Positions 8,983-17,373 of a DNA stretch of 64,000 bases are shown piece by piece (within the stretch, counting starts at the first letter, position 1; each line of letters opens with the position of its first letter). The notes below the pieces were generated by a model, which did not search any database, was not told the DNA's origin, and saw nothing but the letters and a program-made list of their open reading frames with translations. Source of the DNA: Myxococcales bacterium (GTDB lineage: Bacteria > Myxococcota_A > Polyangia > Haliangiales > Haliangiaceae); contig JAEUJX010000275.1 in NCBI GenBank assembly GCA_016794545.1, positions 571 through 64,570 on the forward strand. The letters are read 5' to 3'. A program made the position numbers and the translations under genes.

Positions 8983-10068
8983 CTAGAACAGCGGCAGGCC
9001 GCAGACGGCCTTCCCGATGAAGTCGTAGAGCACGTCGGTGGTCGGGCCCATCACCTGGGCGGCGCGCGCGTCGCGGAACACGCGCTCGACGCCGACCTCC
9101 TTGCGGAACGCCGCGCCGCCGCACACGCGCATCGCGGTGTCGGTGACCTCGGCGGCGGCCTCGCCGGCCGCGGCCTTGCTCTGCAGCACGCGCAGCATGG
9201 TGTCCGCGCGGTTCGCGCCCATCGCGGCGAGCGTGTCGCCGATCAGGGCCTTCGTCGCATCGGTCGCGATGCGCATGCGCGCGATGTACGCGCGCACCGT
9301 CGGCAGCTCGGCGAGCGCGTTGCCCGCGTGCTCGAACTTCGTGCCGCCCGCGTGCGCGGCCGTCCGCGTGGTCGCGGCCTCCATGAGGCCCGCCGACACC
9401 GACGCGACGAGCACGTTGAACCACGGCAGCACGGTGCCCATCATCAGGCCGAACCCGCCGCCGTCCTCGCCGAGCATCGCGCTCGCGCGGATGCGCGTCG
9501 ACTCGGCGACCACCGGCACGGAGTCATTGCCGCGCAGGCCGATGCCGTCGAACAGCGCGTCGGAGATCCGCAGGCCCGGCGCGGTGCGCGGGACGAGCCA
9601 CAGCGTGCTCGCCTCGGCGCCCGCCATCGGCCTCGACGACCACACGTACGAGTCGGCGTGGTGCGCCGACGTCACCCAGCTCTTCTTCGCGGTGAGGAGG
9701 ACGTCATCGCCGTCCTGCTTCGCGGTGCCGAGCGGCGCCCAGAAGTGGCTGCGCGATCCGGCCTCCGAGAACGCGAGGGTCGTGAGGTGCGTGCCGGCGG
9801 CGATCTGCGCCTTGACCTCCGCGGACCCGTGCTTCTCGAGCACCGCCGACGCGCAGTAGTGCATGCAGACGACCATCGCGGTCGAGCCGCACTCGCGCGC
9901 CAGGCGCTCGACGATCACATGCGCGTCGGGCAGGGACACGAAGCCGAACAGGCGGGCGGCGCGCAGGGAGTCGACGGTCTTCGTGGGGAAGGCGCCGCGA
10001 TCGACCTCGGCGGCGTTGGCCGCGGCGATGGCGGCGATGGATTCGAGCTTCTCGAGACTGACAGACAT
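8983..10068 (-). CDS. acyl-CoA dehydrogenase-fold flavoprotein
   Basis: 361 aa from ATG 10068, with GGAG 6 nt upstream. The sequence is ACAD-like in its middle and C-terminal parts (LAFSEAGSRSHFW, KSWVTSA, RVCGGAAFRKEVGVERVFRDARAAQV). The stop lies 2 nt before the next gene's start. Confidence 0.7.
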   Translation of the reverse strand: MSVSLEKLESIAAIAAANAAEVDRGAFPTKTVDSLRAARLFGFVSLPDAHVIVERLARECGSTAMVVCMHYCASAVLEKHGSAEVKAQIAAGTHLTTLAFSEAGSRSHFWAPLGTAKQDGDDVLLTAKKSWVTSAHHADSYVWSSRPMAGAEASTLWLVPRTAPGLRISDALFDGIGLRGNDSVPVVAESTRIRASAMLGEDGGGFGLMMGTVLPWFNVLVASVSAGLMEAATTRTAAHAGGTKFEHAGNALAELPTVRAYIARMRIATDATKALIGDTLAAMGANRADTMLRVLQSKAAAGEAAAEVTDTAMRVCGGAAFRKEVGVERVFRDARAAQVMGPTTDVLYDFIGKAVCGLPLF

Positions 10069-10210
10069 GGAACTCCGAGCGCGGGCGCGCCCGGAGGGGC
10101 TCACCCGACGAGGCTTGGCCCGAGTACCCCGGACCGTGGTTGAGCTCAAAGGCGGAACATGGCGCGGACCATACCGCAGGGCCGCGGCGGCGCATTCCTG
10201 GCGCGCACGT

Positions 10211-11671
10211 TTATCGCGGGTCGAGCCGCCACGCGCCCGGCGCCGGCAAGGCGGTGGCCGTCGCCCGCGATGCCTCGGCGATCGCGGGACCATCGACCGG
10301 CCGCCGCGGCGCACTCGCGGCGTACCAGACCGTGCCGGGCACGAGCTCGACCGGCTCGGCGGCGGTCCGGATCTTTCGCGCCCCGCAGCCCGCGTACCAC
10401 ATGAGCTGCGGCGTCGCGCGCGCGATCACGGTGCACGGCCGCCCCGCCGCGTCCGCGCGGATCGCCCGCGCGGCGGCGACCAGCGGTGCGAGGCCGCGCG
10501 CGATCCGGCGCTCGAGCGGCACCATCGTCGTGACCATCACGGCGCAGCCGAGCACGCACGCGATCGCGGCCGCACAGCGCGCACGGGGCCACGCGGTCGC
10601 GCGCTCGATCGCGGCGACGCCGAGCACGCACGCGAGGCTCATCGCGAGGAAGATCATCCGCGTGCTCGCGTGACTCACCATGCCGATCGCCACGATCTGC
10701 CCGACAGCGACGAGCGCGAGGAACCGGATCACGCGCCGCTCGGGCGCCGGCGGGCGCACCGCGCTCGCGAGGCCGAGCACCAGCACCGGCGGGAGCAGCA
10801 CGCCGTACTTCCGGAACGGGTTGCTCGCCACGAAGTGCCACAGGCCATCGCCGAGGTACTTCCGCGGCGCGAGCTCCGAGGCGGCCGCGAGGATCCCGGC
10901 GACCTCGCCCGTGCGCGCGATCGAGTACGCCGCGAACGGAGCCAGCAGCACGGCGAGCGCGCCGGCCGTCGCGAGCACCGGCCCCGGCCGCGCGCGCACC
11001 GCCCCCGGCCACACCGCGATCGCGCCGGCGCCGATGATCGCGATCACCGGCGCGCTGCCGTATCGCAGGTACAGCGCCGCGGCGAGCAGCGGCGCGGCCC
11101 ACACGAGCCGATAGCGCGGCCCGCCGTCGCGCGGCAGCTCGTCGACGATCACGACGATCGCGCCGACCAGGCACGCGGTCGAGGGGATGTCGTTCAGGAG
11201 CTCCGGCGCTCGAAGCACGACCTGGTGCGAGGTCGCCAGCAGCGCGGGCGCACCGGCCGCGGTCCACGGCCCGAAGCGCCGCCCGAGTGCCGCGACGGCC
11301 ACGAGCAGCAACGGGCTCGCGAGCGCGCTCGGCAGGCGCACCGCGAGGTCGCTGTCGCCGAGCAGCGCCCCGATCCGGCCGAGCAGCACGAGGCCGACCG
11401 GCCGGTAGACCCAGTCGTCGCCCGCGCCGCGCGCGAGCAGCGCGTACGCCGCCTCGTCGCCGGTCAACGGCGCTCCGGCGGCGAGACCGAGCACGACACA
11501 CGCGGACCAGGAGACGAGCGCGGTGATCCACAACGCGCGTGGGGTGCACGGCACCGTGGTGCATCGAGCAAGGCACGTTCCAGGGCCCGCGCTGCGCGGC
11601 GTGGTCCGCGGGCGCACGCACGGCGTCCGCGAGCGCGGTGCACCGCGCGCCGCACGCGAAGCCGTCGTCAT
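10211..11671 (-). CDS. GT-C fold glycosyltransferase (family 39/ArnT-PMT-like) integral membrane protein
   Basis: Polytopic hydrophobic ORF with a DExxY motif in the first loop (LTGDEAAYALL). The start is uncertain: ATG 11671 gives a 48-aa Arg-rich tail, with alternatives at GTG 11554 and TTG 11533. Confidence 0.55.
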   Translation of the reverse strand: MTTASRAARGAPRSRTPCVRPRTTPRSAGPGTCLARCTTVPCTPRALWITALVSWSACVVLGLAAGAPLTGDEAAYALLARGAGDDWVYRPVGLVLLGRIGALLGDSDLAVRLPSALASPLLLVAVAALGRRFGPWTAAGAPALLATSHQVVLRAPELLNDIPSTACLVGAIVVIVDELPRDGGPRYRLVWAAPLLAAALYLRYGSAPVIAIIGAGAIAVWPGAVRARPGPVLATAGALAVLLAPFAAYSIARTGEVAGILAAASELAPRKYLGDGLWHFVASNPFRKYGVLLPPVLVLGLASAVRPPAPERRVIRFLALVAVGQIVAIGMVSHASTRMIFLAMSLACVLGVAAIERATAWPRARCAAAIACVLGCAVMVTTMVPLERRIARGLAPLVAAARAIRADAAGRPCTVIARATPQLMWYAGCGARKIRTAAEPVELVPGTVWYAASAPRRPVDGPAIAEASRATATALPAPGAWRLDPR

Positions 11672-11908
11672 GTTGGCCGCGCCTCGGCGCCTGCGTCGGC
11701 GCTCCGACGACGATCGCGGATCGCCGCGAGCTCACGTGCCGGGCCCCGGCGATTGGCCGCACCGGCCGACCGCGCCGCGTTCGCGATGCGATGCCGCAGC
11801 CGTCCGCGATTGCCGCCTCGGTGGATTTTCGAGGCGGCGTGACAGCGGCGTCGTGCGCCGTGCGATCCGCACATCACGTGGCAGCGTGCGATCGACCGGG
11901 CCGGGTAC

Positions 11909-12643
11909 GTGCGACGCGCTGCGGATCATGTATCGTGGGTCGCCGTGACCGGTCTCGTTCTGTCGTGCGAGCACGCCTCGTGGCAGCTGCCACCCGATGT
12001 CGACCTCGGCGTCGATCAGGACGTGCGCTCGTCGCAGGCCGGCTGGGATCACGGTGCGTTCGAGATCGCCGAGCAGCTCGGCGAGGCGCTTGGTCTCCCG
12101 GTGCACGCGGGCGCGTTCACCCGGATGTTCGTCGATCTCAACCGACCCGCCGATCACGCCGACGTCATCCCGCGCAACAGCTACGGCGCGATCGTCCCCG
12201 GCAACGCGCATCTCTCGCCGGGCGACCGCGCGGCGCGGCTCGCGCTGTTCCACACGCCGTACTGGGACGCGGTGCGCCGCGACGTGGCGGCGCGGCTGCG
12301 CGATCGTGGCAGCGTGCTGCACTTCTCGTCGCACACCTTCGATCCGTCGCTCGATCCGGCGGCGCGCACGTTCGATGTCGGCGTGCTGTACGACGCGTCG
12401 CACGCGTTCGAGTCCGAGCTCGCCGAGCGGCTGATGTTCCAGCTGCGCTCGGCCGGCCTCGACGTGCGCGCGAACCAGCCGTACTCCGGCACCGGGCCGG
12501 CGATCTGCACGACCTTGCGCGCCGAGCTCGCGGGGCAGCGCTACGCGGGCATCGAGCTCGAGACCTCGCACGCCGTGACGTTCACCGCCGGCGGCTGCGC
12601 GCGGATCGCCAGGGCGGTGCTGCCGTTCCTCGAGCGGCTCTGA
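11909..12643 (+). CDS. N-formylglutamate amidohydrolase family protein
   Basis: FGase-like pattern: LSCEHAS, VDLNR, the HT/SH motif HFSSHTF, and GIELE. The start is either GTG 11909 or GTG 11945. Confidence 0.65.
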   Translation: MRRAADHVSWVAVTGLVLSCEHASWQLPPDVDLGVDQDVRSSQAGWDHGAFEIAEQLGEALGLPVHAGAFTRMFVDLNRPADHADVIPRNSYGAIVPGNAHLSPGDRAARLALFHTPYWDAVRRDVAARLRDRGSVLHFSSHTFDPSLDPAARTFDVGVLYDASHAFESELAERLMFQLRSAGLDVRANQPYSGTGPAICTTLRAELAGQRYAGIELETSHAVTFTAGGCARIARAVLPFLERL

Positions 12644-12665
12644 TGAGCGACCTCGTCCGCAGGAC

Positions 12666-12688
12666 AACCGGGAGCCGCGCGGCCGGTT
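12666..12688. terminator. hairpin between convergent genes (possible bidirectional terminator)
   Basis: Stem AACCGG (12666-12671) pairs with CCGGTT (12683-12688) around an 11-nt loop, between the stops at 12643 and 12701. There is no T-tract. Confidence 0.2.
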
Positions 12689-12700
12689 CTCGAGCGGGTG

Positions 12701-13528
12701 TCAGCGTCGCAGGGCGTCGAGGAACGCGAGCACGCGCTGCCACGCCGCGCCGGCGCTGGTCTCGTCGTAGACCGGGTTCGACGGGTTCGCGAAGGCGTGC
12801 TCGGCGTTGTAGATCTGGATCTCCGCGCGAACGCCGGCCTGCTCCAGGCCGGCGTGGAACGCGGTGACCTTCTCGACCGGGATCCCCGCGTCGCGACTGC
12901 CGAAGATGCCGAGCACGCGCGCCTTGATCGCGCGGAGCTTCGCGGGATCGGTCTCGAGCTGGCCGTAGTAGATGATCGCGCCGTCGAGGTCGGCGTTCGC
13001 GATCGCGGTCTGCAGCGACCAGCCGCCGCCGAAGCACCAGCCGATCACCGCCTTCTTCGGCGCCAGGATCCGCGGATCGGTGGCGAGGAAGTCGAGGCCG
13101 GCGCGGATCGTGGCGGCGGCCTTCGTGTCGTCGACGGCCTTCATCGCGGCCATCGCGGTGTCGCGATCGCTCGCGACCACGCCGCCGTAGAGATCGACCG
13201 CGAGCGCCGCCCAGCCCGCGCTCGCGAGGCGGTCGGCCCAGTGCTTGACGTTGCTGTTGAGCCCCCACCACTCGTGGATCACGACGATCGCGGGGAACGG
13301 GCCGGCGCCCTTCGGCAGCGCCAGGTAGGCCTTCGTGCCCGCGAGGTCGAGGTCCTGGCCATCGAGCTTCTCGGGGCCCGCGGTCGGCGGCGCGTGCAGC
13401 GCCTTGAACTCGGCCTCGGTCAGCGCGCCCGTCGACGACGGGCGCACCGGATCGGGGGTCGCGGGAGCGGGCTTGGTCGACGACGAGCACGCGGCGGCGA
13501 GGAGCAGCGGGAGGAGGAAGCGGCGCAT
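12701..13528 (-). CDS. dienelactone hydrolase family lipoprotein
   Basis: Signal and lipobox MRRFLLPLLLAAAC. DLH pattern: VVIHEWWGLN, IGWCFGG (nucleophile elbow), and EHAF near the C-terminus. Confidence 0.8.
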   Translation of the reverse strand: MRRFLLPLLLAAACSSSTKPAPATPDPVRPSSTGALTEAEFKALHAPPTAGPEKLDGQDLDLAGTKAYLALPKGAGPFPAIVVIHEWWGLNSNVKHWADRLASAGWAALAVDLYGGVVASDRDTAMAAMKAVDDTKAAATIRAGLDFLATDPRILAPKKAVIGWCFGGGWSLQTAIANADLDGAIIYYGQLETDPAKLRAIKARVLGIFGSRDAGIPVEKVTAFHAGLEQAGVRAEIQIYNAEHAFANPSNPVYDETSAGAAWQRVLAFLDALRR

Positions 13529-13547
13529 GCCGCGCTTGTACCGCGGA

Positions 13548-14228
13548 TCAGCGCGGCTCGGTCCGGCCCGGCACGAGCGCGGCCGCCAGCAGCGCCGCGA
13601 CGGTCACCGATCCCGCATGCATCACGCCCGTGTGGAGCGGGTCCGTGATGGGACAGTGAAAATGGAGCAGGAGGCCGCCGAGGCTGCCCCCGCCCGCGCC
13701 CAGGCAGGCCGCGATCCAGCGCGCGCCCGTCGGCACCGCGCCGCGCAGGTAGATCGCGCCGAGCACGACCGGCACGATCGACGTGGCCAGGCCGAGCTCG
13801 AGGCACCAGTGGCCGTGGAGGAAGCGCTCCGCGCCGAGCTGGATGCTCGACGGCCCCGACGGATGGATCAGCATCCCCATCGCGATGAACGCGATGGCCG
13901 ACGCCACCGCCGCCACCGCGGCGGTGCGGCGACGCACGATCATCGTGCCCTTCTCCGGCACGAGCGCCAGGTAGCTCGGCACGACGAAGCCGAGGAACCA
14001 CGCAAGCCCGCCGCCGACCATCCAGCCCATCGGCAGCTCGCCGGCATCGGCGCGCACCGAGAGGATCGCGAGCAGCGCCGCGGCATAGACCATCGACGAG
14101 ATGCACACGATCGCGAGCTGGCGCATCGGGCGGCGCGTCTCGACCGGGACGAGCCTGCCGAGCTCGGCCTCGAGCTCGGCGCCCATCGGCGGCGGCGTGA
14201 ACGGCGGCAGCTTCAGCTCGTCGCTCAC
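13548..14228 (-). CDS. membrane anti-sigma factor, NrsF/DUF1109-like
   Basis: 226-aa protein with about six predicted TM segments, overlapping the ECF sigma stop by 4 nt. It has His/Cys motifs (HGHWC, HFHCP). The family call is by resemblance only. Confidence 0.5.
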   Translation of the reverse strand: MSDELKLPPFTPPPMGAELEAELGRLVPVETRRPMRQLAIVCISSMVYAAALLAILSVRADAGELPMGWMVGGGLAWFLGFVVPSYLALVPEKGTMIVRRRTAAVAAVASAIAFIAMGMLIHPSGPSSIQLGAERFLHGHWCLELGLATSIVPVVLGAIYLRGAVPTGARWIAACLGAGGGSLGGLLLHFHCPITDPLHTGVMHAGSVTVAALLAAALVPGRTEPR

Positions 14229-14758
14229 GCCCGGCCCTCCAGCTTCTTGCGCAGGGCCTCGTACCCGCGGTGCGCGCGCACCTTCATCGCGCCGACGGTG
14301 GTGCCGGCGATCGCCGCGGCCTCCGCGACGCTCTTGCCCTCGAGCTTGGTCAGGACGACCGCCTCTCGCTGCTGCTCCGGGAGCTCCGACAGGGCGTCGA
14401 GCGCGGCCGCGAGCAGCTCGGGATCCGGCCCCGGGTCGTCGGGCACGGCGGCGACATCCGGGAGGTCGTCATCGGCGACGCCGACCTTCGCGCGCTTCCC
14501 GGCCCGCACGTCGTCGAGGAACGTGCGGTGCGCGATCGCGTAGATCCAGGGCAGCGGGTCGGCCCCACGGACATAGGCGGCGCGCGCCCGATGGACCTTC
14601 AGGAAGGTCTGCTGGAGGAGGTCGTCCGCGACCGACTTGCTGCGGGCCATCTTCACGAGATACCCGTACAGGCGGGGTGCGACGGCGGCGTAGAGCTCGC
14701 GGAACGCGCTCGCATCGCCGTCGCAGTACCTCGTCATGAGCTCCCGGGGATCGGCCAT
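14225..14758 (-). CDS. ECF-type RNA polymerase sigma-70 factor
   Basis: Region 2 ([25 protein letters not shown]) and region 4 ([40 protein letters not shown]) are present. Confidence 0.85.
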   Translation of the reverse strand: MADPRELMTRYCDGDASAFRELYAAVAPRLYGYLVKMARSKSVADDLLQQTFLKVHRARAAYVRGADPLPWIYAIAHRTFLDDVRAGKRAKVGVADDDLPDVAAVPDDPGPDPELLAAALDALSELPEQQREAVVLTKLEGKSVAEAAAIAGTTVGAMKVRAHRGYEALRKKLEGRA

Positions 14759-14774
14759 TCCCGCCGATGCCGGG

Positions 14775-14802
14775 TATACGCCGAACCGGGGGCCCGGTTA
14801 CA
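14775..14802 (-). promoter_or_regulatory. candidate ECF-type promoter upstream of the sigma gene
   Basis: On the minus strand the sequence reads TGTAAC-N16-CGTATA, ending 16 nt before the ATG at 14758. It resembles the B. subtilis SigW-type consensus TGAAAC-N16-CGTATA. Confidence 0.3.
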
Positions 14803-14865
14803 GGGCGCGATCTCTTTGATCGCGCGGGCTTGCGTCGGGCCGTATTCCTGCCCGATAACCCGCGC

Positions 14866-15030
14866 ATGGCACCCGGTCGTCGCACGAAGCGCAAGCTGAA
14901 GAATCGCCCCAAGTTCAAGATCAAGCGCCGCCTCAAGGACCGGCGCATGAAGGCGAAGAAGAACGCGGCGCACAAGCGCGGTCTCGCGCGCAGCCGCGCC
15001 CGCCGCAAGAACCGCGGCAAGAAGCGCTAA
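14866..15030 (+). CDS. small hyper-basic protein (54 aa)
   Basis: An ATG at 14866 within listed ORF 14767..15030 gives MAPGRRTKRKLKNRPKFKIKRRLKDRRMKAKKNAAHKRGLARSRARRKNRGKKR. Codons are G/C-ending (AAG/CGC). Coding status is unproven. Confidence 0.35.
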   Translation: MAPGRRTKRKLKNRPKFKIKRRLKDRRMKAKKNAAHKRGLARSRARRKNRGKKR

Positions 15031-15052
15031 GGCGCGCAAGAGCGCTCGCCGC

Positions 15053-15694
15053 TCAGGCGAGCGACCACGCGATGAACAGCTGCGCCGCGTAGTAGGCGGG
15101 CAGGCCCCACGCCTTGTTCGCGAACGTCGCCGCGACGAACCTGTCGCGCGCGACCGCGAGGTCCGACGCGAAGAACAGCACCGCGCCGACGATCATCCGC
15201 GTGCGCGCCGGCTCCGGCAGCGCCTCGGTGCGCCACGCGGACAGCGCGAACGCGACCATCGTCGCGATCGTGAGCACGTAGAAGATGACCGGCACCTTCA
15301 TCGCGCCGAGCTTGGGCCACAGGAGCCACAGCACGACGCCGCCGGCGGCGTAGGGCGCGACCACGAGGGGCCCGGCGCCCGCGAACCACTCTCCCGCCGG
15401 CATGAGCGACGCGAACGCGGCGACGTAGCCGAGGTGGCCGATCAGGAACAGCGTGAGCCCGGCGAGGAACGCCTTGTTGCTCCGCCCGAGCAGTGCGACG
15501 TCGCCGCCAGCACCGAACACGAGCCCGACGAGCACGAGCAGCGCGTAGCGGTCGCCGTCGTAGAGCAGCGCGCCGAGCGCGACGAACGCCGCGGACGCGG
15601 TGGACTTCGCCACCATCCGCAGCGTCCGGAGGCGCGCGTACTCGGCCGCGACCAGCACCGCGCACGCCCACGCGCAGACCAGGGTGAGGATCAT
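15053..15694 (-). CDS. YhhN-family lysoplasmalogenase-like membrane protein
   Basis: 213 aa with about 8 TM segments and YhhN-like motifs (FGAGGDVAL, FLIGHLGY, LFFASDL). The start overlaps the upstream stop (ATGA at 15691-15694). Confidence 0.7.
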   Translation of the reverse strand: MILTLVCAWACAVLVAAEYARLRTLRMVAKSTASAAFVALGALLYDGDRYALLVLVGLVFGAGGDVALLGRSNKAFLAGLTLFLIGHLGYVAAFASLMPAGEWFAGAGPLVVAPYAAGGVVLWLLWPKLGAMKVPVIFYVLTIATMVAFALSAWRTEALPEPARTRMIVGAVLFFASDLAVARDRFVAATFANKAWGLPAYYAAQLFIAWSLA

Positions 15695-16959
15695 CGCGCG
15701 AGCGCCTCCACGACGAGCTCGAGCCTATCCTGGCCCCAGAACAGCTGCTCGCCGTTGACGACGAACGTCGGGACGCCGAACACGCCCGCGGCCACGGCGC
15801 GCGCGGTGGTCTCGGCGAGCCGCTCCTTGAGCGCGGGCTCCTTGGTGCGAAGGGCCCAGTCGCCCGGCAGGCCCGCGGCCTCGACGACCCCGCGGAGCAC
15901 GTCGCGATCCTCGAGGTCCTTGCCCTCGGCCCACATCGCGCGCCCGAGCAGGATCGCGAGCTTCACGCCCGCGTCGAACCCGCGGTCACTCGCCAGCAGG
16001 CACAGGCGCTGCGCGTCGACGGTGCGCTGCGGAAACTTCGCCGGGAACGACAGCGGCTCTCCCCACCAGCGCGCCCATCGAGCCATCTCGGCGAGCACGT
16101 AGCGCTGCTTGGGCCCCGGCATCGCGTGCATCGGAACGTCGACCTGTCCGATCTGCCGGAACAGCGCCCCGAGCAGGATCGGGTGGAGCCGCGGCGTCAC
16201 GCCGGTCGCGCACGCGAGCGCGGGCAGCTGCGTGAGCCCGAGATACGCGAACGGGCTCGCGACATCGACGTAGACGTCGAGCGTCGCGCCCGGCCGCGCG
16301 GGTGGCGCCTCGAGGAGCGGTCGCGGTCCGCCCGGCGGGGGACCGGCGTCGGGGTCCCAGCCGGCGAGCGCGGCGGTCACCCACTCGATCCGGTCCTGCC
16401 CCCACAGGAGCAGCGGGCCCTGGGGGCGGCGCAGCACCCACGCGGGCGCGCCGAACACGCCGAGCGCGATCGCCTCGTCGGTGCGCGCGCGGAGCTCGTC
16501 CTTGATCGCGGGATCGTCCGCGCGCTCGAGTGCAGCGGCGACCTCGGCCGCGCCGAACCCGGCTCCCTCCAGCGCGCGCGCGATCACCGCGTCCGAGGTG
16601 ATGTCCTCGGCGCGCTGCCAGTAGGCGGCGTAGATGGCGTGGATCGCGTCCGGCCAGCGGGAGTGAGGGAGGGCGAGCAGGGTCCTGAGCGCCCGCACCG
16701 TCCGCATCGGGTGCGCCGCGGGTAGCTGGAATGGCACCCCGAAGTGAGCGGCCCACCGGTGCATGTCGGCCTGGTTGTGTGCGGCTTTTTGCGGGGACAG
16801 GGTCGCCATCGGGCCGTCACCGGCGCCGATCCCCCTGAACACGCCGCCGAGGAGCATCGGCTTCCAGACGACGTCCATCCGTGACGCCAGTCTCGAGGCG
16901 AGGTAGGCGTACGGGCACGAGAAGTCGAACCAGAGCTCGAGCACTCCAGACAGGGTCAT
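15691..16959 (-). CDS. tandem DsbA-like 2-hydroxychromene-2-carboxylate isomerase domains
   Basis: 422 aa from ATG 16959. It contains two copies of the HCCA-isomerase/DsbA pattern (FDFSCPYAYL...GVFGAPAW...WGQDR and VDVASPFAYL...GVFGVPTF...WGQDR). The rest of listed ORF 15691..18672 is antisense shadow. Confidence 0.75.
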   Translation of the reverse strand: MTLSGVLELWFDFSCPYAYLASRLASRMDVVWKPMLLGGVFRGIGAGDGPMATLSPQKAAHNQADMHRWAAHFGVPFQLPAAHPMRTVRALRTLLALPHSRWPDAIHAIYAAYWQRAEDITSDAVIARALEGAGFGAAEVAAALERADDPAIKDELRARTDEAIALGVFGAPAWVLRRPQGPLLLWGQDRIEWVTAALAGWDPDAGPPPGGPRPLLEAPPARPGATLDVYVDVASPFAYLGLTQLPALACATGVTPRLHPILLGALFRQIGQVDVPMHAMPGPKQRYVLAEMARWARWWGEPLSFPAKFPQRTVDAQRLCLLASDRGFDAGVKLAILLGRAMWAEGKDLEDRDVLRGVVEAAGLPGDWALRTKEPALKERLAETTARAVAAGVFGVPTFVVNGEQLFWGQDRLELVVEALAR

Positions 16960-17031
16960 ACCCGATGTCCGCCCGTGTGGGAGGGGGCAGATCTGACTTG
17001 GGACTTTCCCCCTTGGGCCCGCAACGCTACT

Positions 17032-17322
17032 ATGGACGCGTCGGACATGGCCAAGCTGGTCGACGGGTTCAAAGACGGCAAGCCGGACCTCGGTCGTCGC
17101 ACGTTCCTCGTTCCCGAGAATCATGCCGAGGTCCTCGCGCTGCTCTATCACGAGCAGACCGGCATCGTCGGCGGCCTCCCCGTCGGCCCCGTGACCACGG
17201 ACCCGTTCGGGGCCCATGGCATTCGCATGTATCCGGATCAGGACCCGGTGGTGCTGGAAGAGACGCGGCGCTACTTCGAGAAGCTCGCGGAACGCTTCTC
17301 GAATGATCTTCCCAAGGCATAA
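17032..17322 (+). CDS. hypothetical protein (96 aa)
   Basis: ATG at 17032 within listed ORF 16975..17322. GC3 is high and no family is recognised. Confidence 0.4.
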   Translation: MDASDMAKLVDGFKDGKPDLGRRTFLVPENHAEVLALLYHEQTGIVGGLPVGPVTTDPFGAHGIRMYPDQDPVVLEETRRYFEKLAERFSNDLPKA

Positions 17323-17373
17323 GGCGCGGGCGTTCGCGGAGTTTTCTGGTAGGGTGCGGCCAGTTCTGGTTTC

